Source of the DNA: [Candidatus Thermochlorobacteriaceae] bacterium GBChlB
GTDB taxonomy: Bacteria > Bacteroidota > Chlorobiia > Chlorobiales > Thermochlorobacteraceae
Reading direction: 5' to 3'
NCBI GenBank assembly: GCA_000724175.1
Contig: JPGV01000010.1
Span: 61,199 to 125,198, forward strand
Length of the DNA: 64,000 nucleotides
A program made the position numbers and the translations under genes. The first letter of the stretch is position 1; the number at the start of each line of letters is the position of its first letter. Under the pieces are notes generated by a model. The model made no database searches and was not told the DNA's origin. It saw only the letters and a list, made by a program, of their open reading frames with translations. This document shows positions 8,538 to 18,106 of the stretch, one piece after another.

Positions 8538-10430
8538 ATGCCACATCGCGTTTTCTATCAGATTTTCCCCCTGCTTTTAGCGCTGTTCGTCGCCAAGCCG
8601 CTTTTGGGGCAACCTGACGACTCCGCTTATGTGCGCCAGAACTTCACCAAGCGCGAAGTCTATATTCCGATGCGCGACGGCGTAAGGCTCTTTACCTCGC
8701 TTTACGTGCCGAAAGATTCGTCGCAAAAATATCCTGTGATTATGCAACGCACGCCGTATAGTGTTGCGCCCTACGGCGAAAATGCCTATCCAACCACGCT
8801 GCGCCCGACGGAACTCTTGCGCGAAGGATACATTTTTGCGTTTCAAGACGTGCGCGGACGCTGGAACTCCGAAGGCGAGTTTGTCAATGTGCGCCCGAAC
8901 ATCACGGGCAACAACGGTAAGGACATTGATGAATCGAGCGACACTTACGACACGGTTGATTGGCTCGTGAAGAATCTCGCCACGTGCAACGGAAAGGTCG
9001 GTATCTGGGGCATTTCGTATCCGGGCTTTTACGCCGCCGCCTCAATTCCCGACGCGCATCCTGCGCTCAAAGCTGTTTCGCCGCAAGCACCCGTAACCGA
9101 TTGGTGGATTGGCGACGATTTTCATCACAACGGCGCGTTTTTCTTTATGGACGCTTTCTCGTTTATGTATTCCTTTGGTCGTCCGCGCCCGAAACCAACG
9201 ACCGTCGGCAACCCACCGTTCAACTTTCCGACGCCCGACGCCTACAAGTTTTATCTGAATCTCGGTGCGCTCAAAAACGTCAATGAGAACATCTACAAGA
9301 ACGACATCGCGTTTTGGAACGAGATGATGGAACACCCGAACTACGACGACTTCTGGAAGTCGCGCACGCTCTTGCCGCATTTCAAAAACGTCACACCTGC
9401 GGTGATGACCGTCGGCGGTTGGTTCGATGCAGAAGACCTATACGGACCGCTCAAAGTCTATGACGCGATTGAACGGCAAAATCCGACCGCGAAAAATACA
9501 CTCGTGATGGGACCATGGTATCACGGAGGCTGGTCGAGAGGCGACGGCGACCGATTGGGCTACATCAACTTTGGATCGAAGACGGGCGTGTTCTTTCGCG
9601 AAACTCTTGAGAAAGTATTTTTCAATCATCACCTTAAAGGTCAAGGCGACGGCAAACTTCCTGAGGCGGCGCTCTTCGATGTCGGCGCGGCACAGTGGCG
9701 TATGTTCGAGACCTGGCGACCGAAAAATACAGAGGAGCGAAATTTATACTTTCACCCGAATGGCAAACTCTCACTCGAGGCTCCGACAGACGCCAAAGCG
9801 TTTGATGAATATGTCAGCGACCCGAACAAGCCTGTTCCTTATACCAACGAAACGCGCATCGACCGCAGCATCGAGTATATGATTGAAGACCAACGATTTG
9901 CGTCGCGCCGTCCCGACGTGATGACATATCAAACCGACGAGCTAACGGAAGATATTACGCTTGCGGGCGGCATTGTGGCAAATTTGTTCGTCTCGACCAG
10001 CGGCACAGATGCAGACTATATTGTCAAACTCATTGATGTGCTGCCCGATACAGCACGCGACGAATACACCGATAAACCGCTTGGTCGACGTGCGTTCCCA
10101 GCGCCAATACGGCTTGGCGGGTATGAGATGCTCGTGCGTTGGGAAGTGATGCGCGGTCGCTACCGCAAGAGCTACGAAAAACCCGAAGCGATGAAGCCAA
10201 ACAAGACCGAGCAAATTAAACTTGAATTGATGGACGTGGTGCATACCTTCAAAAAAGGACATCGGATTATGATTCAAGTGCAGAACTCGATGTTTCCACT
10301 GATTGACCGTAATCCGCAGAAGTTCGTCGATATTTACAAGGCAAGTGATTCAGATTTTCAAAAAGCCACGCATCGAATTTTTCGAAGTGCCAAAGCGCCG
10401 TCGCATGTGAAAGTGCAGGTGCTGAAGTGA
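8538..10430 (+). CDS. secreted CocE/NonD-family (peptidase S15, X-Pro dipeptidyl-peptidase-like) serine hydrolase
   Basis: RTPYSVAPYG, the nucleophile elbow GIWGISYPGFY, and a C-terminal beta-sandwich typical of S15/CocE. I prefer the ATG at 8538 (MPHRVFYQIFPLLLALFVAKPLLGQ, a signal peptide) over the TTG at 8415 used by the track. Confidence 0.8.
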   Translation: MPHRVFYQIFPLLLALFVAKPLLGQPDDSAYVRQNFTKREVYIPMRDGVRLFTSLYVPKDSSQKYPVIMQRTPYSVAPYGENAYPTTLRPTELLREGYIFAFQDVRGRWNSEGEFVNVRPNITGNNGKDIDESSDTYDTVDWLVKNLATCNGKVGIWGISYPGFYAAASIPDAHPALKAVSPQAPVTDWWIGDDFHHNGAFFFMDAFSFMYSFGRPRPKPTTVGNPPFNFPTPDAYKFYLNLGALKNVNENIYKNDIAFWNEMMEHPNYDDFWKSRTLLPHFKNVTPAVMTVGGWFDAEDLYGPLKVYDAIERQNPTAKNTLVMGPWYHGGWSRGDGDRLGYINFGSKTGVFFRETLEKVFFNHHLKGQGDGKLPEAALFDVGAAQWRMFETWRPKNTEERNLYFHPNGKLSLEAPTDAKAFDEYVSDPNKPVPYTNETRIDRSIEYMIEDQRFASRRPDVMTYQTDELTEDITLAGGIVANLFVSTSGTDADYIVKLIDVLPDTARDEYTDKPLGRRAFPAPIRLGGYEMLVRWEVMRGRYRKSYEKPEAMKPNKTEQIKLELMDVVHTFKKGHRIMIQVQNSMFPLIDRNPQKFVDIYKASDSDFQKATHRIFRSAKAPSHVKVQVLK

Positions 10431-10711
10431 AACTCTGCAAAGTTATCGGCACGGTCGTCTCGACGCAAAAGGACGACGAACTTCGTCCCGCAAAATTGCT
10501 GGTTGTGAAACCGATTGAACCGAGCGGCGCGTTCACGAGGGACATCGAGCTTATTGCGATTGATTCGTTGGACGCGGGCGTGGGCGACACAGTGCTGGTG
10601 GCACAAGAGGGCGCAGTTGTCGAGCAAGTGATGAACTCGACCACTGTTCCCGCCAATACGATTATTATGGGCATCGTCGATGCACTCGACGTGGCAGAAA
10701 AAAGTCAATAG
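10427..10711 (+). CDS. EutN/CcmL-family bacterial microcompartment vertex (BMC-P) protein, orphan
   Basis: 94 aa: MKLCKVIGTVVSTQKDDELRPAKLLVVKPIEP...IAIDSLDAGVGDTVLVAQEG...IIMGIVDALD. It aligns along its whole length with the E. coli EutN pattern (MKLAVVTGQIVCT...KLLMVE...AIDNIGAGTGEWVLL...VIGIVDEV). The GTG start forms a GTGA overlap with the peptidase stop, and AGGTG lies 5 nt upstream. Confidence 0.85.
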   Translation: MKLCKVIGTVVSTQKDDELRPAKLLVVKPIEPSGAFTRDIELIAIDSLDAGVGDTVLVAQEGAVVEQVMNSTTVPANTIIMGIVDALDVAEKSQ

Positions 10712-10749
10712 GTCTCTTTGAGAGATTGAACCCTATCAGTAACTGTAAG

Positions 10750-10775
10750 GAATATCGGTCAAGAATATCGGTCAA
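10750..10775. repeat. tandem 13-bp direct repeat GAATATCGGTCAA x2
   Basis: Copies at 10750-10762 and 10763-10775 are identical. The repeat lies 17 nt upstream of the ABC-transporter ATG. Confidence 0.85.
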
Positions 10776-10791
10776 GTTTAATTAGACAAGC

Positions 10792-12657
10792 ATGGCACAA
10801 GCAGCAGCTCCGTCGGCGGACGAAAAAACCAAAAAAGGATTTCAACTCGATTCCGACACGCCGTCGGGCAAGGCATTTGATTTCATCGTGCTGTCGCGCT
10901 TGCTTAGCTATGTGCGTCCGTATCCCGCGATTCTCGTTGCGGCGACTGCGCTCACCATTGCCGCCGCATTGCTTTCGCCGCTTCGACCGTATATCACCAA
11001 ACTTGCGATTGACAACCCCATCGCCTCGGGCGACCGTGAGGGTTTGGTCGTCATTTGCCTCCTGTTTCTCGGCGCTATTTTGCTGGAAGCCTTGATGCAG
11101 TTCGGCAGCGCATTCCTGACACAGTTGCTTGGACAAAAAGCGGTGCGAGCGCTTCGCGTTGAAATTTTTTCGCACCTGCAACGGCTCTCGCTGAAATTCT
11201 TCGACCGCAATCCGATTGGGCGCTTGATGACGCGCGCAACAAACGATGTCGAGACGCTCAACGACATGCTTTCAAGCGGACTTGTCGCACTGCTTGGCGA
11301 TGTGTTTCAACTTTCGTTCATCATCGTGATGATGTTCTACACCGATTGGCAGCTGACGCTCGTTTCGTTCAGCGTGCTGCCTGTGATGTTCTACGCCACA
11401 TTTGTGTTCAAGGAAAAAGTGCGCGTCTCGTATCAAGATGTGCGCACCGAAGTCGCTCGTCTTAATGCGTTTTTACAGGAACACATTACGGGCATGGTCG
11501 CCGTGCAGCTCTTCGGACGCGAGCAAAAAGAGTTCGATAAGCACTCGACCATCAACGCTGCGCACCGCGAGGCAAACATTCGTTCTGTTTTTTACTATTC
11601 TGTTTTTTATCCCGTCATTGAATTACTTGGCGCGATTGCGTTGGGACTCATCGTTTGGTATAGCAGCGCGCGTGTCTTAGACCAAACGCTCACGCTTGGC
11701 GTCGTCATTTCATTCGTGCAATACATCGCGCTCTTTTTCCGACCGCTTCAAGACCTCTCGGATAAGTTCAACATTATGCAGGCTGCCATTACCAGTGCAG
11801 AGCGCATTTTCAAACTGCTCGACCAGAAGGTTTTTATCACCCCGCCGTCGAAGCCCGTCAGCATTGCGTCCGTGCGCGGCGATATTCGATTCGAGGGCGT
11901 CAGTTTCGCTTACCTTGACGACAACTACGTTTTGCGCGACATCTCGTTTGAGGCGAAAGCAGGGGAAAAAATCGCGCTCGTCGGGGCAACGGGAAGCGGA
12001 AAATCGACCATCATCAGCTTGCTCTCGAAATTCTACGACCTTCAACACGGCAACATCTTCATTGATGATATTAACATTCGCGACATTCCCGAACAGTCGT
12101 TACGCAAGCATCTCGGCGTCGTCTTGCAAGACGTGTTTTTATTTTCTGGCACGGTTCGAGATAACATTACGCTTGGCAATCCCGACATTACCGATGAGCA
12201 AATTCGTGCGGCAGCACGGCTTGTGGGCGCAGCGGAGTTCATTGAGAACCTGCCCAACGGGTATGCGTATCAAGTTCAGGAACGCGGCGCGGCACTCTCG
12301 ACGGGACAGCGCCAGCTCATTTCGTTTGTCCGCGCCATGGTCTACAATCCGAAAATTTTGGTGCTTGACGAAGCCACCAGTTCCGTCGATACGGACACGG
12401 AACAACTCATCGACGCCGCATTGGAAAAATTGATGCACGGCAGAACGTCCATCATCATTGCACACCGCTTATCGACGGTGCAGAAGGCGGATAAAATCAT
12501 TGTGCTGCACAAAGGCGTGATTCGGGAAATGGGGTCGCATCAGGAACTCCTGCGCCAGCGCGGACTGTATTACAAACTCTACCAGTTGCAATATGCCGAG
12601 CATTCGTTTTCTCCTCGTGCAGCAAAGACGTTGCGCGGCGAAATCATCGGCGATTAA
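10792..12657 (+). CDS. ABC transporter, fused permease/ATP-binding (MsbA/MdlB-type exporter half-transporter)
   Basis: 621 aa. The N-terminal part is a six-TM region. Walker A GATGSGKST, ABC signature LSTGQRQLISFVRA, Walker B ILVLDEATSSVD. Confidence 0.9.
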   Translation: MAQAAAPSADEKTKKGFQLDSDTPSGKAFDFIVLSRLLSYVRPYPAILVAATALTIAAALLSPLRPYITKLAIDNPIASGDREGLVVICLLFLGAILLEALMQFGSAFLTQLLGQKAVRALRVEIFSHLQRLSLKFFDRNPIGRLMTRATNDVETLNDMLSSGLVALLGDVFQLSFIIVMMFYTDWQLTLVSFSVLPVMFYATFVFKEKVRVSYQDVRTEVARLNAFLQEHITGMVAVQLFGREQKEFDKHSTINAAHREANIRSVFYYSVFYPVIELLGAIALGLIVWYSSARVLDQTLTLGVVISFVQYIALFFRPLQDLSDKFNIMQAAITSAERIFKLLDQKVFITPPSKPVSIASVRGDIRFEGVSFAYLDDNYVLRDISFEAKAGEKIALVGATGSGKSTIISLLSKFYDLQHGNIFIDDINIRDIPEQSLRKHLGVVLQDVFLFSGTVRDNITLGNPDITDEQIRAAARLVGAAEFIENLPNGYAYQVQERGAALSTGQRQLISFVRAMVYNPKILVLDEATSSVDTDTEQLIDAALEKLMHGRTSIIIAHRLSTVQKADKIIVLHKGVIREMGSHQELLRQRGLYYKLYQLQYAEHSFSPRAAKTLRGEIIGD

Positions 12658-12757
12658 AATCGAACTGCCTTTCCAATGCGACAGCAGATTCATGCCCGTC
12701 AGGTCATGTATCAACGTTGTGTTGACGGTCAAACACCTTAGCGCGGCTGAATAATTA

Positions 12758-12783
12758 GATTGCCTCGCTACGCTCGCAATGAC
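12758..12783 (-). repeat. 26-nt GC-rich hairpin repeat (minus strand GTCATTGCGAGCGTAGCGAGGCAATC)
   Basis: Same family as the copies at 29741-29946. It is intergenic, between the ABC exporter and rpsA. Confidence 0.7.
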
Positions 12784-12843
12784 GATTCAACGTATGTGAT
12801 GCAATCAAACATGAACATGACCTTCAACTCGGCGGTTGAAAAT

Positions 12844-12872
12844 TTGCATTCGCCACGCCCGTGCTGTATATT
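12844..12872 (+). promoter_or_regulatory. candidate sigma70-type promoter for rpsA (TTGCAT-17 nt-TATATT)
   Basis: TTGCAT at 12844-12849, a 17-nt spacer, then TATATT at 12867-12872. This would give a ~170-nt leader before the rpsA ATG at 13045. Promoter rules for this lineage are uncertain. Confidence 0.3.
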
Positions 12873-13044
12873 TACGCCCCCTTAAAATTAGGCGAAGTGT
12901 CCCGAATGCGGGTGCTTCGCTTCGTTTGTCTTAGCGCGACGCCGTCGCCGAACTCTTTTTTATTTTGTTTTATTAACCAAAACCCGCCGTTTCTGCTCTC
13001 TTGAAACGATTCGCGGAAAACCACAGAGAGAAAAGGACAACCGA

Positions 13045-14826
13045 ATGGCTGAGATGCAAACCGCCGAACCAAAGGCGACCGGGAAAGCAAAGAAACCCAC
13101 AAAAGTCAAATTCTTTGCTGACTATCAAGACGATGAATTGAAGCAGCTTGAGTCGCTGTATTCCAGCACGCTCAACGAACTGACCGAAGGCGAGATTCTT
13201 CGCGGCAGAATTGTGGCAATCTCGCAGAAAGATGTCTCTATCGACGTCGGATTTAAATCCGAAGGCATGGTGCCGCTCATTGAGTTCCGCGACCCCTCTG
13301 AGCTCAAAGTCGGTGAAGAAATCGAGGTCTTTCTCGAAAGCATTGAAGACAAAATGGGTCAACTAATTCTCTCGAAGCGCAAAGCCGACGCGCTGCGCAT
13401 TTGGGAGAAAATTTATGAGTCGCTCGAAACTGGCACGATTATCAACGGTAAAATCACTAACCGTGTTAAGGGCGGCATGACGGTCTCGCTCGGCGGCGTC
13501 GAAGCGTTTCTGCCCGGCTCGCAAATCGATGTGAAACCCGTACGCGACTTCGATGCGCTTGTCGGACAAAACATGGATTTCCGCGTCGTTAAAATCAATC
13601 CGCTCACGCAGAACATCGTCGTCAGCCATAAAGTTATCCTCGAAGCCGAGTACGAAGCCCGTCGCAAAGAAATGCTCTCCAACATCAAGGTCGGCATGGT
13701 TCTCGAAGGCACAGTGAAGAACATCACCGACTTCGGCATCTTTGTCGATTTGGGCGGACTCGATGGCTTGGTTCACATCACCGACATTACTTGGGGCAGA
13801 ATCTCGCATCCCTCGGAAGCGGTCAAGTTGGACGACCCGATTAAAGTCGTCGTCATTGGTTACGACGAAGACAAACAGCGCGTCTCGCTCGGCATGAAAC
13901 AACTCACGCCGCACCCGTGGGAAAACATCGCCGAAAAATTTGCGCCCGGCACAAAGGTTAAAGGCAAGGTCGTCTCGATTACCGACTACGGCGTCTTTGT
14001 CGAAATCGAAAAAGGCATCGAGGGCTTGGTACATATCAGCGAAATGTCTTGGACGCAGCACATCAAGCACCCCAACCAATTCGTCTCAATGGGACAAGAA
14101 GTCGAGTGCGTGATTCTCAACATTGACCGCGACAATACGAAACTCTCGCTCTCGATGAAACAAATTGATGTCGACCCATGGACAAAACTGGCTGAAAAAT
14201 ACGCGCCAGATACAATTCACAAAGGCATTGTGCGCAACCTGACCGACTTCGGGGTTTTCGTTGAGTTAGAACCCGGCGTTGATGGCTTGGTGCATATCTC
14301 CGACCTTTCTTGGACGAAGAAGATTCGCCATCCCGGCGAAATCGTCAAGAAGAATGACGAGTTGGAAGTCAAAGTTTTGAAAGTCGATGCAAAAGCTCGC
14401 CGCATTGCGCTTGGGCATAAGCAAATTACCGACGACCCGTGGAATAACTTTGAAACCGTCTATACCGTCGGCACGGAAAGCAAAGGCAAGATTTCTCAAA
14501 TTATCGAGAAGGGCGTTGTCGTTGAGTTACCGCTCGGCGTTGATGGATTTGTTCCTGCATCGCATTTGCTTCAAGGCGGCGTGCGCGATATTCATGCCTC
14601 GTTCAAAGTCGGCGACGAACTGCCGATGAAGGTCATTGAGTTTGACAAAGAAAATCGCCGCATCATTTTGTCTGCGCTCGAATACTTCAAAGGCAAAAGC
14701 AAGGAAGAAATCGAAGCGTATATGCAGCAGCACCCGAATGAAAAGCAAAAAATTCAGGAGGCCTCTGCTGCGCTCGATGTTCCCGCTGCGCCCGACGCCG
14801 TCGGAGTTACTGAACCAAAAGCATAG
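13045..14826 (+). CDS. rpsA: 30S ribosomal protein S1 (six S1 domains)
   Basis: 593 aa with repeated S1-domain pattern (G.V..I..FG.FV.L.G..GL.HIS.). Confidence 0.95.
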   Translation: MAEMQTAEPKATGKAKKPTKVKFFADYQDDELKQLESLYSSTLNELTEGEILRGRIVAISQKDVSIDVGFKSEGMVPLIEFRDPSELKVGEEIEVFLESIEDKMGQLILSKRKADALRIWEKIYESLETGTIINGKITNRVKGGMTVSLGGVEAFLPGSQIDVKPVRDFDALVGQNMDFRVVKINPLTQNIVVSHKVILEAEYEARRKEMLSNIKVGMVLEGTVKNITDFGIFVDLGGLDGLVHITDITWGRISHPSEAVKLDDPIKVVVIGYDEDKQRVSLGMKQLTPHPWENIAEKFAPGTKVKGKVVSITDYGVFVEIEKGIEGLVHISEMSWTQHIKHPNQFVSMGQEVECVILNIDRDNTKLSLSMKQIDVDPWTKLAEKYAPDTIHKGIVRNLTDFGVFVELEPGVDGLVHISDLSWTKKIRHPGEIVKKNDELEVKVLKVDAKARRIALGHKQITDDPWNNFETVYTVGTESKGKISQIIEKGVVVELPLGVDGFVPASHLLQGGVRDIHASFKVGDELPMKVIEFDKENRRIILSALEYFKGKSKEEIEAYMQQHPNEKQKIQEASAALDVPAAPDAVGVTEPKA

Positions 14827-14847
14827 ACAAGGTCGGCATCACCGTTC

Positions 14848-14877
14848 AAAAAGCGTCTCGACCTCGAGGCGCTTTTT
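14848..14877. terminator. bidirectional intrinsic terminator between convergent rpsA and the LOG gene
   Basis: AAAAA-GCGTCTCG-acct-CGAGGCGC-TTTTT. The stem is 8 bp with one G.U pair and the loop is 4 nt. An A-run precedes it and a T-run follows, so it can serve either strand. Confidence 0.75.
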
Positions 14878-14921
14878 CATTTCGATTAGCACTGTTCAGT
14901 TTGAATTTCCGTAGCCAGTTT

Positions 14922-15470
14922 CTAAACGGCGGCGAACAAGGCGTCAAGGAGTTTTTTCTCGTCGCGCTCGATAATGAGAGAGCTAAGCATCGCGGGTTTG
15001 ACAAACCCTTGATGTGCGCTGAAGTGAAGAAATTGGAGCAGCGCGTCGTAGTAGCGCTCTGTGTTGAGAATCGCGATGGGTTTATCGTGAAAGCCCAATT
15101 GCTTCCATGTTAAAATCTCAAAAAATTCGTCGAACGTGCCTAATCCGCCGGGCAGCACAACGAAGGCGTCGGAGAGCCGTTCCATCATGGCTTTGCGGTC
15201 GTGCATGGTTTTGACGATGTGCAGTTCAATAACGGTATGCAGTGCGAGTTCGCGCTCGGCGAGCGATTCGGGCATGATGCCGATAACTTTACCGCCTGCT
15301 GCTAATGCGGCTTCTGCCATTGCGCCCATTAACCCCACTTTACCGCCGCCGTAAACCAACCCAATGTTGTTTTCCGCCAACAGTCTGCCAAAGTTTTTGG
15401 CAACATCGGCATAGCGCGGATGCGCACCTGTGTTCGACCCGCAATAAAGACAAATGGTATTGAGCGGCAT
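14922..15470 (-). CDS. LOG-family protein (TIGR00730 Rossmann fold; cytokinin riboside 5'-monophosphate phosphoribohydrolase-like)
   Basis: 182 aa with VYGGGKVGLMG and PGGLGTFDEFFEILTWKQLGFHDKPIAILN. Confidence 0.85.
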   Translation of the reverse strand: MPLNTICLYCGSNTGAHPRYADVAKNFGRLLAENNIGLVYGGGKVGLMGAMAEAALAAGGKVIGIMPESLAERELALHTVIELHIVKTMHDRKAMMERLSDAFVVLPGGLGTFDEFFEILTWKQLGFHDKPIAILNTERYYDALLQFLHFSAHQGFVKPAMLSSLIIERDEKKLLDALFAAV

Positions 15471-15505
15471 TGAAAATAGCGTTAGGTTTAAGGAGATAAG
15501 AGGAC

Positions 15506-16603
15506 TTAATCTCGATACTCTTCCATTAAGTTTACAAATTGGGCAAACAAGTAATGTGAATCATGCGGTCCTGGCGAGGCTTCTGGGTGATACTGCACGC
15601 TGAAGACCGGCAGCTTTTTATGCCGCACGCCCTCGACGGTGTGGTCGTATAAGTTCACATGTGTCAGTTCCAAGTGCTTCGGCAGCGAGCGCAAGTCGAC
15701 TGCAAACCCGTGGTTCTGCGCGGTGATTTCAATTTGTCCCGTGCTGAGATTTTTCACGGGGTGATTGCTGCCGTGATGCCCGAACTTGAGTTTATAGGTT
15801 TCTGCGCCGAAAGCAAGCGCCACCAACTGATGTCCCAAGCAAATGCCGAAAATCGGCAGTTCGCGTTTGGCGAATTTTGGGTCAGAGAGTTTCTTAATGG
15901 TGTCGATGGCGTAAGCCAGCGGCTCTGGGTCGCCGGGTCCGTTGGAGAGAAAAACTCCGTCTGGCTTCATTGCTAAGACCTCAGCCGCAGTTGTTTTTGC
16001 AGGAACGACGGTTACATTGCAGCCCGAGTTGACGAGCAATTTCAAAATGTTTCGCTTAATGCCGTAATCAAAGGCGACGACGTTGTAGGTTGCTGTTGGC
16101 GATTCCAATCGATACGGCGCGCTGGCGCTAACGCTGCTGGCAAGGTCGAGTCCGACCATTTGTGGAATGGATTTCGCACGCTCCACGAGGCGCGGTTCGT
16201 CGTCGGAAGCGGAAATCACGCCGCGCAACGCGCCTTTCGTGCGCAGCAGCCGAACCAACTTTCGAGTGTCTATTCCCGAAATGCCTGCAATGTGATGCGC
16301 TTTGAGAAAATCGTCGAGGCTGTGTTCAGCAGCGAAATTGCTGTGAATCTCGGAAAGTTCTTTTACCACGAAACCCGCTGCCCAAATTTTCTGCGACTCG
16401 ACATCGAGCGTATTCGCGCCGTAGTTTCCGATGAGCGGGTAGGTCATGGCGACAATTTGTCCGGTGTAAGACGGGTCGGTCAGGATTTCTTGGTAGCCGG
16501 TGTAGGAAGTGTTGAAAACGACCTCGCCTTCCGCGTCGCCGTTATGACCAAAGAGGACGCCGTCAAAGACGTCGCCGCTCTCCAAAACCAATTTTGCCTT
16601 CAT
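15506..16603 (-). CDS. carA: carbamoyl-phosphate synthase small (glutamine amidotransferase) subunit
   Basis: 365 aa with [25 protein letters not shown] (catalytic Cys) and [13 protein letters not shown]. Confidence 0.95.
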   Translation of the reverse strand: MKAKLVLESGDVFDGVLFGHNGDAEGEVVFNTSYTGYQEILTDPSYTGQIVAMTYPLIGNYGANTLDVESQKIWAAGFVVKELSEIHSNFAAEHSLDDFLKAHHIAGISGIDTRKLVRLLRTKGALRGVISASDDEPRLVERAKSIPQMVGLDLASSVSASAPYRLESPTATYNVVAFDYGIKRNILKLLVNSGCNVTVVPAKTTAAEVLAMKPDGVFLSNGPGDPEPLAYAIDTIKKLSDPKFAKRELPIFGICLGHQLVALAFGAETYKLKFGHHGSNHPVKNLSTGQIEITAQNHGFAVDLRSLPKHLELTHVNLYDHTVEGVRHKKLPVFSVQYHPEASPGPHDSHYLFAQFVNLMEEYRD

Positions 16604-16635
16604 TTGTGTGCCGTGTCGGACAGAGTTTCAGTAGT

Positions 16636-16687
16636 CTTCTCTCGATTGCGGCGCGCACCGTGGGCAAGCCTCGTCAGTCGAGAGAAG
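16636..16687. other. 10-bp perfect inverted repeat (CTTCTCTCGA ... TCGAGAGAAG) with a 32-nt spacer, between the PmbA-like gene and carA
   Basis: Arms at 16636-16645 and 16678-16687, read directly. No adjacent T-run on the minus strand, so this is not a canonical terminator. Confidence 0.4.
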
Positions 16688-16716
16688 CCTAATATAAAAC
16701 TTTATTGCCGCACGTG

Positions 16717-18048
16717 TTACACTGCGTCCGACAAGCTCGTAAAAGTAAAGTCGCGCACGCGAATCGGCGGAATAAGATTATTGCCGATGCGTTCTGGGTT
16801 GCCGAGCGCCTCCAAGTTGTTGAGCATAATTATCGGGCTTTCGTTGAATCGAAAGTTCTTGACTGGATGTTTGATTTTGCCGTTCTCGATAAAGAACGTG
16901 CCGTCGCGCGTCAGCCCTGTGTAAAGCAAGGTTTGCGGGTCGACGGGACGAATATACCAGAGGCGCGTTACTAAAATACCGCGTTTGGTATCTTTGATGA
17001 GGTCGTCGAGCGACGCATCGCCGCCTTGCATCACGACGCCACCGGGCGGCGGAATCGCTTTCTTGCCTTGTTTTTCCGCCCAGTAGCGCGAGTAAAAGAG
17101 GTTCTTTACGACGCCTTTTTCGACGAGCATCATTTTTTCGCGCGCGCGTCCATCGCCGACAAACGGCGACGACGGAATTTCGGGATGTTGCGGGTCGGCG
17201 TAAATGTTCACGCGCTCATCGACGATTTGCTCGCCGATTTTATTGCCACCGCCTTTTTTAGCAAAGAAACTTCTGCCTTCGTCGGCTTGGCGTGCGTCCA
17301 TTGCAAAGATCATCGCGCCCAAAAGACTTGCGTCGACCGTGCTGAGCAGTGCGGCCGGCTCGAGAATCACGGTGTATTTGCCCGGCTCAATAGCTTTGGC
17401 GTCGCGCGATTGCAAGGCTTTATCAATCGCCACTTGCGAGGCTTTCGCGGAATCGAACTTGCTCACATCGCTGTAGGAACGCACGGCGTAGCCGGAGCCG
17501 GTGCCGTCTTCGGTGCGCATCGTTACAGAGAACTCCATCGTTGTCGATTTGTAGTAGGCGTAGAGTCCTTTTTTGTTCATCAGCGCCTGAAAGCCCGTCG
17601 TATCGTTGAAGAATCCAGCAGCGACAACTTTTTTGGCGGCGGCGGGCACGATGCTGTCTTCGGCGACTTTGGCTCGGAAGTCTGGCGCAATTTTTTCTGT
17701 CGATTCAAATGCGCCTTTGACATCCAAATAGGTTTGCGGTTCAAGCGACGGCATGGTCTCGGGATTATCGGGCGCCAGTTGTGCCAGTTCTTCGGAACGA
17801 CGCACGCATTTTTCGATCGACGCTTCATCGAACTCGTTGATGCTCGCCGAACCCACTTTTTTGCCGAAGCGCGACTGCACAGCAAGCGTCAAGGTATCCT
17901 GCAAGCCGCTTGTGGACACGCTGTTTCGCGCGTAGCGAATATTGCCTTCTAAGCCGCCATTGAGCGTGGCATCGATATCGTCCGCTTTTGAGAAGGCAAT
18001 CACTTTTTTCAGGATTGCTTCCGCGTCGCTTTTTGAAAGTAGTGCCAT
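16717..18048 (-). CDS. PmbA/TldE-like subunit of a TldD/PmbA metalloprotease (no signal peptide)
   Basis: 443 aa, TldD/PmbA family (PF01523-like), with no HExxxH motif. The N-terminus MALLSKSDAEAILKKVIAFSKADD is hydrophilic. Confidence 0.8.
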   Translation of the reverse strand: MALLSKSDAEAILKKVIAFSKADDIDATLNGGLEGNIRYARNSVSTSGLQDTLTLAVQSRFGKKVGSASINEFDEASIEKCVRRSEELAQLAPDNPETMPSLEPQTYLDVKGAFESTEKIAPDFRAKVAEDSIVPAAAKKVVAAGFFNDTTGFQALMNKKGLYAYYKSTTMEFSVTMRTEDGTGSGYAVRSYSDVSKFDSAKASQVAIDKALQSRDAKAIEPGKYTVILEPAALLSTVDASLLGAMIFAMDARQADEGRSFFAKKGGGNKIGEQIVDERVNIYADPQHPEIPSSPFVGDGRAREKMMLVEKGVVKNLFYSRYWAEKQGKKAIPPPGGVVMQGGDASLDDLIKDTKRGILVTRLWYIRPVDPQTLLYTGLTRDGTFFIENGKIKHPVKNFRFNESPIIMLNNLEALGNPERIGNNLIPPIRVRDFTFTSLSDAV

Positions 18049-18106
18049 TAGTGCAACTGATTTAGAGTTAATTAGAATGAAGTATGCTGCAACGTTCGTT
18101 GTGTCA

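Noticed and set aside
10427-10711. EutN taken as evidence of a microcompartment locus in this window
   Set aside because: No BMC-H/T shell gene, signature enzyme or encapsulation-peptide-bearing gene is present within 64 kb. Only the orphan status is reported.
12936-12975. Short hairpin GCGAC-gcc-GTCGC plus a T-rich tract in the rpsA leader, considered as a terminator or attenuator
   Set aside because: The stem is only 5 bp with a 3-nt loop and sits 7 nt from the T-run. That is too weak to call, so it is mentioned only as part of the leader.
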